Below are positions 12,122-23,949 of a stretch of 64,000 nt of DNA, piece after piece. The first letter of the stretch is position 1. Every line of letters starts with the position of its first letter. The stretch is from Octopus sinensis (taxonomy: Eukaryota). The DNA lies in contig NC_042999.1 of the NCBI RefSeq assembly GCF_006345805.1, positions 72,354,001-72,418,000 of the forward strand. The letters are read 5' to 3'. The translations under genes and the position numbers were made by a program. The notes under the pieces were generated by a model, which worked only from the letters and a program-made list of their open reading frames with translations, did no database searches and was not told the DNA's origin.

Positions 12122-12676
12122 TTGGTGACTTATTCCTGGTTCTTATTCCTGGTAGAATCTACATGGGTTTCAGGTTACTACCTGTAACGTTAGATATCCA
12201 CAAACTTTCAATAATCTTTTAAGTGCTTAAGACACTCCTGATAATCTTTCTTGTCCCTAAGAAGCAAACTTTCTGCAAAAGCTCGACAGAGCATTCTACT
12301 CCAATCTCCTACAACCATTTCTCTGTATTTTTACTTACAGATCCCAATGCATCAATTATTATAGGCACATCCTTTACAGTTTTCATATTCCAAATTCTCG
12401 GAATTTCAAATTTTAAAGAGTTGTATTTTTCTTTCTGATGTTGTTTTTCATCCTCTTTCGTTACAATCCTGGAGTCAAACGGACATGATGGATCAATTAG
12501 TAAGCAACTTTGCTTTCCTTGTCTATTATTGTTATGTCTAGTCTATTATATTCTAGCTTCTTATCCATCTAAATAGGAAATCCCACAGAATCTTGCATTT
12601 CTCCTACTCTTTCGACCCAATCGTCATACCATGTACCTCCAGCTTCAAATCCCCATTTCTGACAAAGCTTCCATAT
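12122..12676 (-). mobile_element. Degenerate 3' end of an RLE-type (R4/Dong-like) non-LTR retrotransposon, family b
   Basis: Frame-shifted WKLCQKWG..ILWDF..DITIIDK..LIDPSCPFD..EKYNSL..VPIIIDALG, flanked by ATT/ATC repeats. Confidence 0.7.
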
Positions 12677-12722
12677 TATCATCATCATCATCATCATTAT
12701 TATTATTATTATTATTATTATT

Positions 12723-13312
12723 CAGTAGTTTTATTTTTATAGCGTGCTTTCACTTCACTACCGAGCGCAGCTCTGTGTGCCTTGGGTATGTGCTATGATT
12801 TGTTGTGATGCTCTGATGGTTATTGTATGGAAAGTGTTCTGCGTAGGATGTGTGCAGTGCCTAGTAGTGCAATTTTCTGTATGTTATATGTGTTTGTAAG
12901 TCCTGGTGTTTTTGTTATGTATTTGTCTGAATATTTTTTTATCATACCTAATGCACCTACTATGATAGGAATTGTTTCTGTTTTCAGGTTCCACATTCTA
13001 GTTACCTCTATTTCCAGGTCTTTGTATTTTGAGAGTTTCTCCATTTCTTTTAGAGACACGTTGTCATCTGCCGGTATTGATACATCAATTAGAAAGCATT
13101 TTTTTTCTTCATGATCTCTGACAACTATATCTGGTCTGTTGGCCTTAATTTCTCTATCTGTGTGTATCGGCATATCCCAGAGTATGGTTGCTTTCTCGTT
13201 TTCTGTGACCTTTTCTGGGGTGTGCCTATACCATCTTTTTTCTGTTGTTATTCCATAATGTTGGCATAGCTTCCAATGTATGTAGGTTCCAACTCTGTCA
13301 TGTCTGTGAATA
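12723..13312 (-). mobile_element. 5'-truncated R4/Dong-like retrotransposon 3' end with an intact restriction-like endonuclease frame, family a
   Basis: Open frame HRHDRVGTYIHWKLC..ILWDMPIHTDREIKANRPDIVV..LIDVSIP..KEMEKLSKYKDL..IPIIVGALG..LLGTAHILRR with stop at 12820. PD-(D/E)xK-type motif. (TTA)n on both sides. Confidence 0.88.
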
Positions 13313-13313
13313 T

Positions 13314-13326
13314 ATTATTATTATTA

Positions 13327-13383
<57 letters not shown>

Positions 13384-13414
13384 CATTATTATTATTATTA
13401 TTATTATCATTATT
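13314..13414. repeat. (ATT)n microsatellite, followed by a partial K-type SINE (13414-13545)
   Basis: Read directly from the sequence. Confidence 0.9.
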
Positions 13415-14552
13415 AAGGCGGCAAGGAAGTCAATATCTGCCGAGGTCGACTTTGCCTTCCAACCCTTTCGGGATCGATAAAATAAGTACCAGTTAAGCAC
13501 TGGAGTCATTACACTCGACTAGCCTTGTGCCTACAGCAGGAAGTATTATCATTATCATTGGTGATGATTATGGTAATGGTGGTGATCCGCGTTGTCGTCG
13601 TCGTCGTCGTCATCGTCATTGTCGCCGTTGTCGTCGTGGTATGCATCAGTTTTGAAGCTATTAACATGACTACCATAAATACCAAATGTTAAATGTTAAA
13701 CAAAACACCCGTATTAAAATAACTTTCATTCAACATTTAAGTTTTCACTGGTTGGTTCTGGTGGTGACAGTAAATTGGATGTCAGCAGCGGAGGTGTTTA
13801 TGGATTGGCGGTTGCGGTACCGTGGCCATGGTGGTGATAGTACAGTGCTATGGAGATGCTGTGCTTGTGGTGTTATTGACAGTGATGTGATGAGGTGTGG
13901 ACATAAATCTTTTTATCTTTTATCTTTCACTTGTTTTAGTTATTAGACTGCGGCCATGCTGTGGCACCACCTTGAATGATTTAGTCGAACGAATCGACCC
14001 CAGTACCTTCTTACTTAAGTCTGCTACTCATTCGATCGGTCTCGTTTTGCCGAACCGCTAAGTTATGCAGTAGTTAGCAAACCAATATCGATTGTCAAGC
14101 GGTAATGGGTGACGAACACAAAGATACATACACACACACATACACACACATACACGCGCACATACATATATATTTGTATTCGTGTGTGTGTGTGTATATA
14201 AAGCTACGTGATGGGGTTCTTTCAGTTTCCGTCTGACAGTTTGCAATTTGCTTATGTTTTAATGCATATTGTAATGTACTGAGGTGGGTGCTAGTGGTGT
14301 AAGTAATGGTAGTTGTAGAAGTGGTAATCGCAGATCTATATTCAAACCCTCCGTGGAGCGCCTAAAACAAGTATCTTTCTAACTAAATCTTAGTTCCTCC
14401 ATTCCTTCAAAGTGAAACTTTATTTATTCAGAAATTCTCTGCAGAAATCTGTCTATCTATGAATGCATGCATATATCAATATACTCTGTGTGTATATGTG
14501 TGTGCGTGCGCGCGTGTGTGTGTGTGTGTGTGTGCGTGTGTGTATGTATATC

Positions 14553-14607
<55 letters not shown>

Positions 14608-14715
14608 CATACATACATACATACATACATACATACATACATACACATGTAAGCACATAAATGCAAAACAGGGTGGAAAAAATAGTACTCGAATACCTAA
14701 GATAAAGTAATATAA

Positions 14716-14836
14716 TTTTATTAAAGCTGAAAATTTTTCACAAAACTGGTATTCAGGGTTTCACTTCCCTGTCCGACGAACGGGAACGTGAAACTCTGAG
14801 TAATAGTTTTGTGATAACTTTGCAGCTTTAATAAAA
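14716..14836. mobile_element. Fold-back PLE-type terminal repeat containing a minimal hammerhead-like motif (14769-14806, +)
   Basis: Arms 14716-14768 and 14781-14836 are ~85% reverse-complementary. Motif: ctgt-CCGACGA-acg(ggaa)cgt-GAAA-CtctgaG-TA-atag. Confidence 0.65.
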
Positions 14837-14879
14837 GTGTGTGTGTGTGTGTGTGTGCGCATATATGTACAGACAGACG

Positions 14880-14959
<80 letters not shown>

Positions 14960-15556
14960 CATACATACATACATACATACATACATACATACATACACAC
15001 GCGCACACCACATATCTGTTGGTGAAAATGTATATCAATGCAGAGACAGACACGTACACAAAAAATGCACACCCACAGCCATATGTGCATTTATGCAAAC
15101 AGTCGACTGTACACATTTACTTGTATATAAACAATGACATTTGTGCACCAACACTACCTTCATAGTCTGTCTTTCACACACACCGACAGCCATACACTTA
15201 GAGCTATAGGAACATACGATGCACACAAACATACATACATACATATATAATCATTACTTTCTGTTCTACTAATGAAATGTAGCAATAGACGAGAAATTCG
15301 TAAATGGTATTTGGATCGTAGTTTTACCAGTGCTGAAATCACTTGAACCATTATAATTTATCACCAAATACGACAAAGTATTTGCCGAAAGCCTAAGAAG
15401 CTACGCTTATCTATTAAACACGTAAGTTTTGGAACTTATTTTCTGTTAGTTATTTCGCATTTTAATTGTAATGTAATCTATTTGAGTACATTTTAAAAAG
15501 AATAATGGTAATAATTATTATTGTTGTTGTTGTTATTGTTGCTGTTGTTGTTATTT

Positions 15557-17070
15557 AAGGTGGTGAGCCGAAATGCTTTGCAGAACTTCGTCATGTCTGC
15601 ACGTTCTGAGGTCAAATTCCACCGAGTCGACTTTGCCTTTTATCTTTTCAGGGTCGATAAAGTAAGTACCTGTTAAGTACTGGGGTCGATGTAATCGACT
15701 AGTTCCTTCTCCAAAAATTTCAGGCCATGTGCCTTTAACAGAAAAGATTTTTATTACTTTGCTTCTTGTTATTTAAGGCGGCGAGCTGGCAGAATCGTTG
15801 GCACGCCGGCCGAAAGGCTATGCGGTTCTTCGTCCGTCTGCCAGTTCTGAGTTCAAATTCCGCCGAGGTCGACTTTGCCTTTCATCCTTTCGGGGCCGAT
15901 AAATTAAGTGCCAGTTGAACACTGGGGTCGATGTAACCAACTCATCCCCTCCCTCAAAATGGCAGCCCTTGTGGCAAAATTTGAAACCATTATTATTATT
16001 ATTATCATTATTATTATTATTATTATCATCGTTATTATTAAGCCTGCGAGTTGGCAGGAAGCAGCATTTCGTTCGTCTTCACGCTTCGAGTTCAAATTCC
16101 ACCGAGGTCAACTTTGCCTTTCATCCTTTCGAGGTCGATAAATTAAGTACCAGTTGCGTACTGGAGTAGATCTAATCGACTGGCTCCCTCCTCCAAATTG
16201 TCGGGCCTTGTGCCTAGAGTAGAAAAGGTTATTACTATTATTAAGGCAGCGCGTTGGCAGGATCCTTAGCGCGGCAGGCAAATTGCTTTGCAACGTTTCG
16301 TTCGTCTTTACGTTCTGAGATCAAATTCCGCCGAGGTCAACTTTGCTTTTCATCCTTTCAGGGTCGGTAAAATAAATACCAGTTGAACATGTGGGTTGAT
16401 GTAATTGACTTACACCCTCCCTTAGAATTCTCCTGATAATTCTTCTCTCCATAAGAGACAAACTTTCTCTAGGAGCTCTACCAAGCATTCTATTCCACTT
16501 TGCTTCAGTTATCTGTGTATATCTTTACTTACTATTCCCAACGCACCAATTATTATAGGTATGACCATTACTGCCCCAAAGTCTTCCTATTTCAATTTTA
16601 AAGGATTGTATTATTTTGTTTTGTTTTTCTTCCTATTATTATTATTATTATTATTATTATATTATTATTATCATCGTTATTATTAAGCCTGCGAGTTGGC
16701 AGGAAGCAGCATTTCGTTCGTCTTCACGCTTCGAGTTCAAATTCCACCGAGGTCAACTTTGCCTTTCATCCTTTCGAGGTCGATAAATTAAGTACCAGTT
16801 GCGTACTGGAGTAGATCTAATCGACTGGCTCCCTCCTCCCAAATTGTCGGGCCTTGTGCCTAGAGTAGAAAAGGTTATTACTATTATTAAGGCAGCGCGT
16901 TGGCAGGATCCTTAGCGCGGCAGGCAAATTGCTTTGCAACGTTTCGTTCGTCTTTACGTTCTGAGATCAAATTCCGCCGAGGTCAACTTTGCTTTTCATC
17001 CTTTCAGGGTCGGTAAAATAAATACCAGTTGAACATGTGGGTTGATGTAATTGACTTACACCCTCCCTTA
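15557..17070 (+). mobile_element. Stack of six K-type SINE copies separated by (ATT)n, including the tandem duplication at 16026-17281
   Basis: Repeated aggcggcgagctggcagaatcgtt (A-box-like) and gagttcaaattcc (B-box-like) units. Confidence 0.88.
16423..16635 (-). mobile_element. Short RLE-LINE 3' fragment (family c), duplicated at ~17070-17281
   Basis: Minus-strand VMVIPIIIGALGIVSK..GIECLVELLEKVCLL parallels the C-termini of families a and b. Confidence 0.65.
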
Positions 17071-17280
17071 GAATTCTCCTGATAATTCTTCTCTCCATAA
17101 GAGACAAACTTTCTCTAGGAGCTCTACCAAGCATTCTATTCCACTTTGCTTCAGTTATCTGTGTATATCTTTACTTACTATTCCCAACGCACCAATTATT
17201 ATAGGTATGACCATTACTGCCCCAAAGTCTTCCTATTTCAAATTTTAAAGGATTGTATTATTTTGTTTTGTTTTTCTTCC

Positions 17281-17326
<46 letters not shown>

Positions 17327-18258
17327 GAGTGAGAGAACAGCGCATGCCATCAAAGTGACACTTGGGTAAAATATACGAAGCTCAATATACCCGTCATGAC
17401 TACCCGTCTGATAAGGGTACAACGGTACATGGATCATAACCATATGTGAGCGACATGGTGATCTTATATCAAAATAAACAGCGCATGATCTTGCAGGTGG
17501 ACCCCCATTAAAATTTTCTTCAGGTCGAGCAGCCCATCCCGTTCAAAAGGGTTGCTTAAGAGTGTTGAACGAAGCACCCATGTTTCCAGAGGTAAATTAT
17601 TCAAACCCCAAATGATTCCTCTCAACACATGGCTATGATGTTCCCTCACTACTTCTGCTCGTGATCAGAGGTGCACATATCATCAGCCACTAAATGACAT
17701 GCCCAACTGGTTACGATCAAGCAACTAACAAGCAAATCCTTAGGAGTGAGCAGCATTTTTGCAATAGCACATCTTTTTTACCAAGACAAAACATGTACCT
17801 CTGGGTGAAAAGTCTGGCTGCATCCGAAAACATATATATTATGAAACAAAAATAAACACAAAATTTATTACACGAATCTGTTACCACCACGACAGTCAAT
17901 TATTTGACGCCGAACGCAAGTTTGATGCTGAATACATCCACGAATTTTCCGCTCAGATAGCTCTTCCCAAGACTGCAAGACGGCTTCGTGCAATTCATGC
18001 CTCGTTGTAAGGATTTTCAGTTCAACTTTATCGGCCAAAACTTTGAAAATGCCTTCATCTAATGGTTTCCACGTGTAAGCATGTGTTGAATAGAACTCAC
18101 TGAATAAATCTTAATTAACTGTGTTGTCAATTGTATGCACCTGACATATGCTAACGTGTATGCAGCCAGACTTTTCATACAGAGGATACATGATAACACT
18201 TCCAATCAGTTATGACTAGAAGCCATGAGAGCCAGTGCTTGGTACTGCATCATAGCAT
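17327..18258 (-). mobile_element. Non-coding interspersed element embedded in (ATT)n and split by a MITE; partial second copy at 18270-18450
   Basis: The two copies share gagtgagagaacag..atacccgtcatgactacccgtctgataagggtac. ATT tracts at both ends. Flanks rejoin as catgTAcatg across the MITE. Confidence 0.6.
17798..18185 (-). mobile_element. Tc1/mariner-derived MITE with a transposase C-terminal remnant
   Basis: 26-bp TIRs cctctgggtgaaaagtctggctgcat matching 24/26, at a TA site. Internal KPLDEGIFKVLADKV..ELHEAVLQSWEEL resembles a Tc1/mariner C-terminus. Confidence 0.55.
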
Positions 18259-18489
18259 ATTATTATTATTGAGTGAGAGAACAGAGCATGCCATAAATAT
18301 GATCTTGGAGTAAAGTAGACGAAGTCCAGTATACCCATCATGACTACCCGTCTGATAAGGGTACACCAGGCACATGTATTACAACCATATATGTGCGACA
18401 TAGTAATCACATATCAAGAAAATCAGCGTATGACCTTGCAGGTGGGGTCCAGTTACAATTTTATTATTATTAATATTATTGTTGTTGTT

Positions 18490-18700
18490 AAGGCGGTGAG
18501 CTGGTTAAGGTTAGCACGTCGGGCTAAGCACTTAGCGGTACTTCGTCTGCCGTTACGTTCTGAGTTCAAATTCCGCCGAGGTTGACTTTGCCTTTCATTC
18601 ATTCGAGGTCGATAAATTGAGTACCAGTTGCGTACTGTGGTTGATGTAACCGACTATCCCCTTCCCCAAATTTCAGGCCTTGTGCCCGTAGTAGAAAGGA
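18490..18700 (+). mobile_element. Full-length K-type SINE; another copy at 38515-38680 (-)
   Basis: A-box-like and B-box-like motifs and the family body, ending in agaaaggattattatt. Confidence 0.85.
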
Positions 18701-20616
18701 TTATTATTGTTGTTGTTGCAGTTATCATCATCATCATTGGTTCTTTTGCAACATGATAATAATTTTTCTAGTAATATTTAAGAGGTCTTTTTTTCTTCCG
18801 AAATGCTTTTTACATTTTGTTTTTATATTTGGTTAGTTTTGTTGAAAAATATATGATCAAAAATATTTCAGCCACGCTGATAACGTCTTTATGGAAAAAA
18901 CTAAAGTTATTAGAAATTCTTAAAAAGAAAATAAAAAATTAAAATTAAATATATCAATTTTACGCATCATTTTCCTCGTAATTCTTTAATTTCATATTCA
19001 AATTTCTAATCTCAACCAGATTTTACGAAGAAATCATGATCTACCATACGGTAGCTGTCATCTCTAGAGAAACCATTTACGACTACATTATACTATATCT
19101 TTCCTTTAAGATGATAGATTGCGCTTGAAGGAAATTCTGTTACTATTTTTATAAGATCGAATAACCACAGAGTTGCATCGTTGTTATTGTTGTTGTTTAT
19201 CTTGCTGTTCTTGTCGCCGCTTGTTGTTTTCGTTGCTGTTTAATAACAAGACTTTAATTTATTCTGTCTTCCACCGCCCCTCCCCACTTTTACAAATACG
19301 TTTACTTTCTTTAGACTCTTCGAACTTCTGCAATCAACAACTTTCTCACACTAAATCACTCCTTCCATCGACGACATTTGTCTTCGTCCATCCCTCAGGA
19401 AAATGACAAAGCAGGTAGTCTCATTCACACTATACTGATAACGATGGCGCAGAAACTGAATCTTTGGCAATCCTCTACAAATTTTATCGACACACAGACA
19501 CTTCACGTCCTTCATTCCTTTCTCACTTCCAAACCCTTATTTACCACAATATAACTGTTAATTCGCCTATCAAGTCCTCCGACTACTTCCTTACCGGGCC
19601 TACCCCCCACATACTACTCGAATCCCCCATCTTCACAACAATATAGCACTTCAAGTCAGCTGACCAGTCGGTATGTAAACTAACCCTAGTACCACATATC
19701 ATTCATCGATGACCCATCCGTAACAAGAGAGAGAGAGAGAGTGAAACGATTCACACATATGTTAAGTTATATTGATAAAGTTTTTTTTTCTATCAAGCTG
19801 CCTCTACTGCATATTACGAATTTTATTCTGCTTATACGACGCCTTTGCGAACTAGTGCATATTTCATACACTATCTCTATATATATTATATCAGACGGGC
19901 TGACTCGATTTCGTTTCGGTAGTGATACGGATACGTGACATTGACAAACCGCAAAACTGACAAAATACGTATCTGTCGTTCTACATTCACTTATGGGACG
20001 ATTTCGTTTCGCTTAGTTCTGAAATATGTTGTAGTTTTTAACATAATACGTCTATAAAGGAATTCTTTCGGATGTTAAACGGCGGCTTCTAGCTTTTTAA
20101 GGAGACACACGTTAAGTATGATGTATTCATAAACCTTTTACTATAGATCTGCTTCTATTGCATAATTCGAATTTCATATTAATGGTTGTTTTTATATCGT
20201 CTTACGATAAAAGCAATTTAACATTAAACTGAAAAATTACTTAATACATTTTGTATGGCAGATGTTTATTATACTTTTACAAGAGGAGGAGTGACAATGG
20301 CTTCGTAGTTACTGGCACCCCTCTTGTAAAAATATTATATATATACATATATTTAATAAATACTTTCTTTGAAAAGAGAAAAGGTAGAAGAGAGAGATAG
20401 ACATCCAGTCCTTAGAACGTTGTGCAGAAAAAGAAAGATGGTCACGTGAGGAAAAGAAAGATGAACGATGATCACGTGTGAGCAACGAGAGAGAGAAAAA
20501 GAGGGGGAGAGACAGATAGAAAACGGTAAATGGGAGAAAATGGGAATTATAGAAGAGTGGGGGATAAAACAGTATAGAGTAGAGTCGCATCAAAGGGTTA
20601 AGATAAACTTAGGTGG

Positions 20617-20674
<58 letters not shown>

Positions 20675-21457
20675 TTTAAAAGGGCCACTAGTGGTTTCAT
20701 GCGTTAGAGTTACAATAATTTGACAGATTTATATGACATGCCGTGTGTCTCCAACCAATGTTTCTGTCTCAATGCATATCGTCAGACCTATTAAAAAACT
20801 AGGACGTTGGTCTCTATAAAAACATGAGGAAAAACGGGAAGAGTAACACGAAAAAAATTGATGCAAAAAGTGGAACGAGAAGAAAAGTAAGAAAATCCAA
20901 GATCTCCTCTTCTTTGTCAGTAGAAATCATAATTAATCTATCTGGGGTAGAATAATATAACGGAGTGACCAAAGTCTGTGAGATAGCATCACAAGTCGGA
21001 GAGGGCGGTGTACACCATTTCAATAAAAGAAATTTGCCATTGAGCTAGCATTTGCTAAACATTTCGGAACTAGTAGTATGGTAGAATTCTTACATGTATA
21101 AATAATGTGCGATTATTCAGTTGTACATCACTTGAATCTCTTTTATCCATTTATACATGGCGTGGATTTCTCCAGTCTTTTCAGCTTGATTGTATGTAAG
21201 AGCCGTTCTGCAAACCACCAGCCCCTTTTCTTCCTGTTTTTGCATAACCCAGTGTCCTACTTTTTAAATAAGCCTAAAGCTTTGCACTGAGCCTGAAAGA
21301 TTGCCTGGAGACATATGGGGATTTAATAGAAATCAGCCAAATTATAGCACCTCTGCAGTATGAAATTATTAGTAACACTTATATAAATTGTGTATATTAA
21401 ACATTTATTTTTCACTGGCTAGAGGATTATTTTGTTGATCCTACCTATAATGGAAGA

Positions 21458-21536
<79 letters not shown>

Positions 21537-21650
21537 ATAGTGGTACAACAATATATATAAGCATACATGAATTTGCATACATATATTTGTGAGTGTATAT
21601 ATAAACAAATACTTATATACATGCATATATATATATATATATATATATAT

Positions 21651-21990
21651 TTCAACAATTGAGGGCAAAATTAATTAATTATTAATCAATTTCACCAAGT
21701 GTTCAGTATGCAAAGGGACCATTCAAGGCGAATTCAAATTATTACATTATATAAAAGGGCTTAGTAAAATAAATTACTTTGCCGCATACTGAACTCATTA
21801 GAAATAGCAGCTAAAAAACTTTTTTAAAGCTATTTCTAATACTTAAAGAAAATCTCTCTCATATATAGTGTTAACACTATATATGAGAGAGATTTTCTTT
21901 AAGTATTAGAAATAGCTTTAAAAAGTTTTTTAGCTGCTATTTCTAATGAGTTCAGTATGCGGCAAAGTAATTTATTTTACTAAGCCCTTT

Positions 21991-21998
<8 letters not shown>
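21651..21998. mobile_element. Inverted copy of part of the 1-1157 repeat forming a spacer-less 253-bp palindrome (21746-21998), inserted in (TA)n
   Basis: Centre gtgtt|aacac at 21872/21873. Arms of 127 and 126 bp differ by one homopolymer indel. 21651-21872 corresponds to the reverse complement of 473-690. Confidence 0.9.
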
Positions 21999-22029
<31 letters not shown>

Positions 22030-22224
22030 CACAAATATGTTATGTGCATGTAAAATGCATACTGCGTTTTCACACACACACACACATACACACATACACA
22101 CATACACACATACATATGGGTATGTGTATACAATTGCAAATAGACACGCACGTACAAACAACAATGGCTTCATATGTTCATGAAAGTTTTTACTAATATT
22201 TGTATTGTGTATATGTTTTATATG

Positions 22225-22276
<52 letters not shown>

Positions 22277-22685
22277 ACTCGTGTATGTATTATCTCTCCC
22301 AGACATATTAGAATCTCATACAGAGATAAAATTGCTTTGGCTGGTGGGGGAATGTATGTAAAAATAAATAGCATTGTAACAATTCTTTTGGTTAGGAATC
22401 TTTATACAAACATAGAATTATGTTTTCTTGTGGCGTTGGGCGATTGTAGTTGATTATTTGCATTGTAAACACTGTCACGGGTAACATAAATATCCAAATA
22501 TATTCTTAAAGATGGAACTACGTTTGTTTATTGAACTAAATACGCTTCAAAATATGCACGTGTGTGTGCGTATACACACACAGATACATATATGCACAAA
22601 TACTAATGTATATATATATATATATATATATATACATACATATAAATGTGTATATTACACAAATATACATATATGCATATATATA

Positions 22686-22716
<31 letters not shown>

Positions 22717-23949
22717 TATGTATATAAAACAAGCATTGAACTACAAATGTATTTTTGTTAAAACTCTTCATTCTTATTAAAAAGGCAAATGAGAAAATGA
22801 GAGAAATAATAAGAATTATGCTAAGCTGGTAGAGTTATGCAGAAACAATGAGTGGCTAGCAAGGTGTGAACCCATTGACTTTGGGGGCAAAAGATTTACA
22901 TGTCAGTCCTTCTGCTGAGGTTACATTTTGGGCATCACAGGTGCCACTAAGAGGAAAGCTAACAAGTTGGCTACAGAGGTAGCAGGAGTAGCGTGAAGGT
23001 GATTTTGGTTGAAGTGTGAGCCCTGAAAAAGGCAGACAGGACTACCTGAGGTGATACTAACTTGAATTGTGCTGTGTCTTGATGAACCGTGGTTGGATCG
23101 CTTGTATGGCTGTATCTAAATGTTGAAGGACCCCCCAAAACATCCATTGATTCCAGAAAGTATCACGCATAATGTATCAAAGTGCATCACGGGGTGATAT
23201 ATTTATTTGGAATAACCTGTGCTACCAGGAAGTGGGCGAGTAACACCTAAGAACTTAGTGATGGCAGATGAAGAGATAGCAGATAGTCCTGAGAGATGGC
23301 AACGGGGAATCCCCATTTGCATCTACAAATACAAACAACCTACATCAAGCTACAGATAATTCTAAGGTGAAATGCCCTAAGATTTCTCGAGTGCGGAGGA
23401 GAATGTGTATCTCAATCAGACAGACCACTAATAGCGACTAATAACCATAGAAAATCAACAGCGAATTTGGAGTATGTGTGTAGGTAAATTTGCAAGAATC
23501 CGCGTGACCTGATAACCGACCCCCCCCCCCCCCAGTCAAGACGAAGTGCGTGAAGATAATACAAGTATCATAGTGCGCAAGAACCAACTCTGGTAAAACG
23601 GAGATAAAGCCAGGCCTAGAGTCAATCCACTGTTTCCCGAACATTATAAAGTCGCAAGCCCAAGATCTACGCAAAGTGACCGAAAATCGTTCGATAAAGT
23701 AAAGTGGCCTCCAAAGAACAAGGAGTAGTTGTGGCGCAGATTTTATACGTATGTTGACTCTAGACACACACATACGCTCACCATTGTACGTGTCTCGAGT
23801 GGAAAGAGACAAAGAGGAGGAATTCTCTCTATCTCTGCATCTAAAAGAATGCACGTGTTTGAAGGCTTTGGCCGTCATGCTGGCGCAGTACCTTGTGATA
23901 CCATGAGATTGTCTGAGGGTCGCTCTGTAGACTACAGCCTTTGACAGGT

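Noticed and set aside
15557-17070. Regularly spaced ~200-bp repeats with short spacers, superficially CRISPR-like
   Set aside because: Eukaryotic SINE stack; the repeats are far too long and there are no cas genes.
22900-23450. Possible decayed LINE RT (KFLGV motif on the minus strand)
   Set aside because: Only one short motif with many stops; it cannot be supported as a feature.
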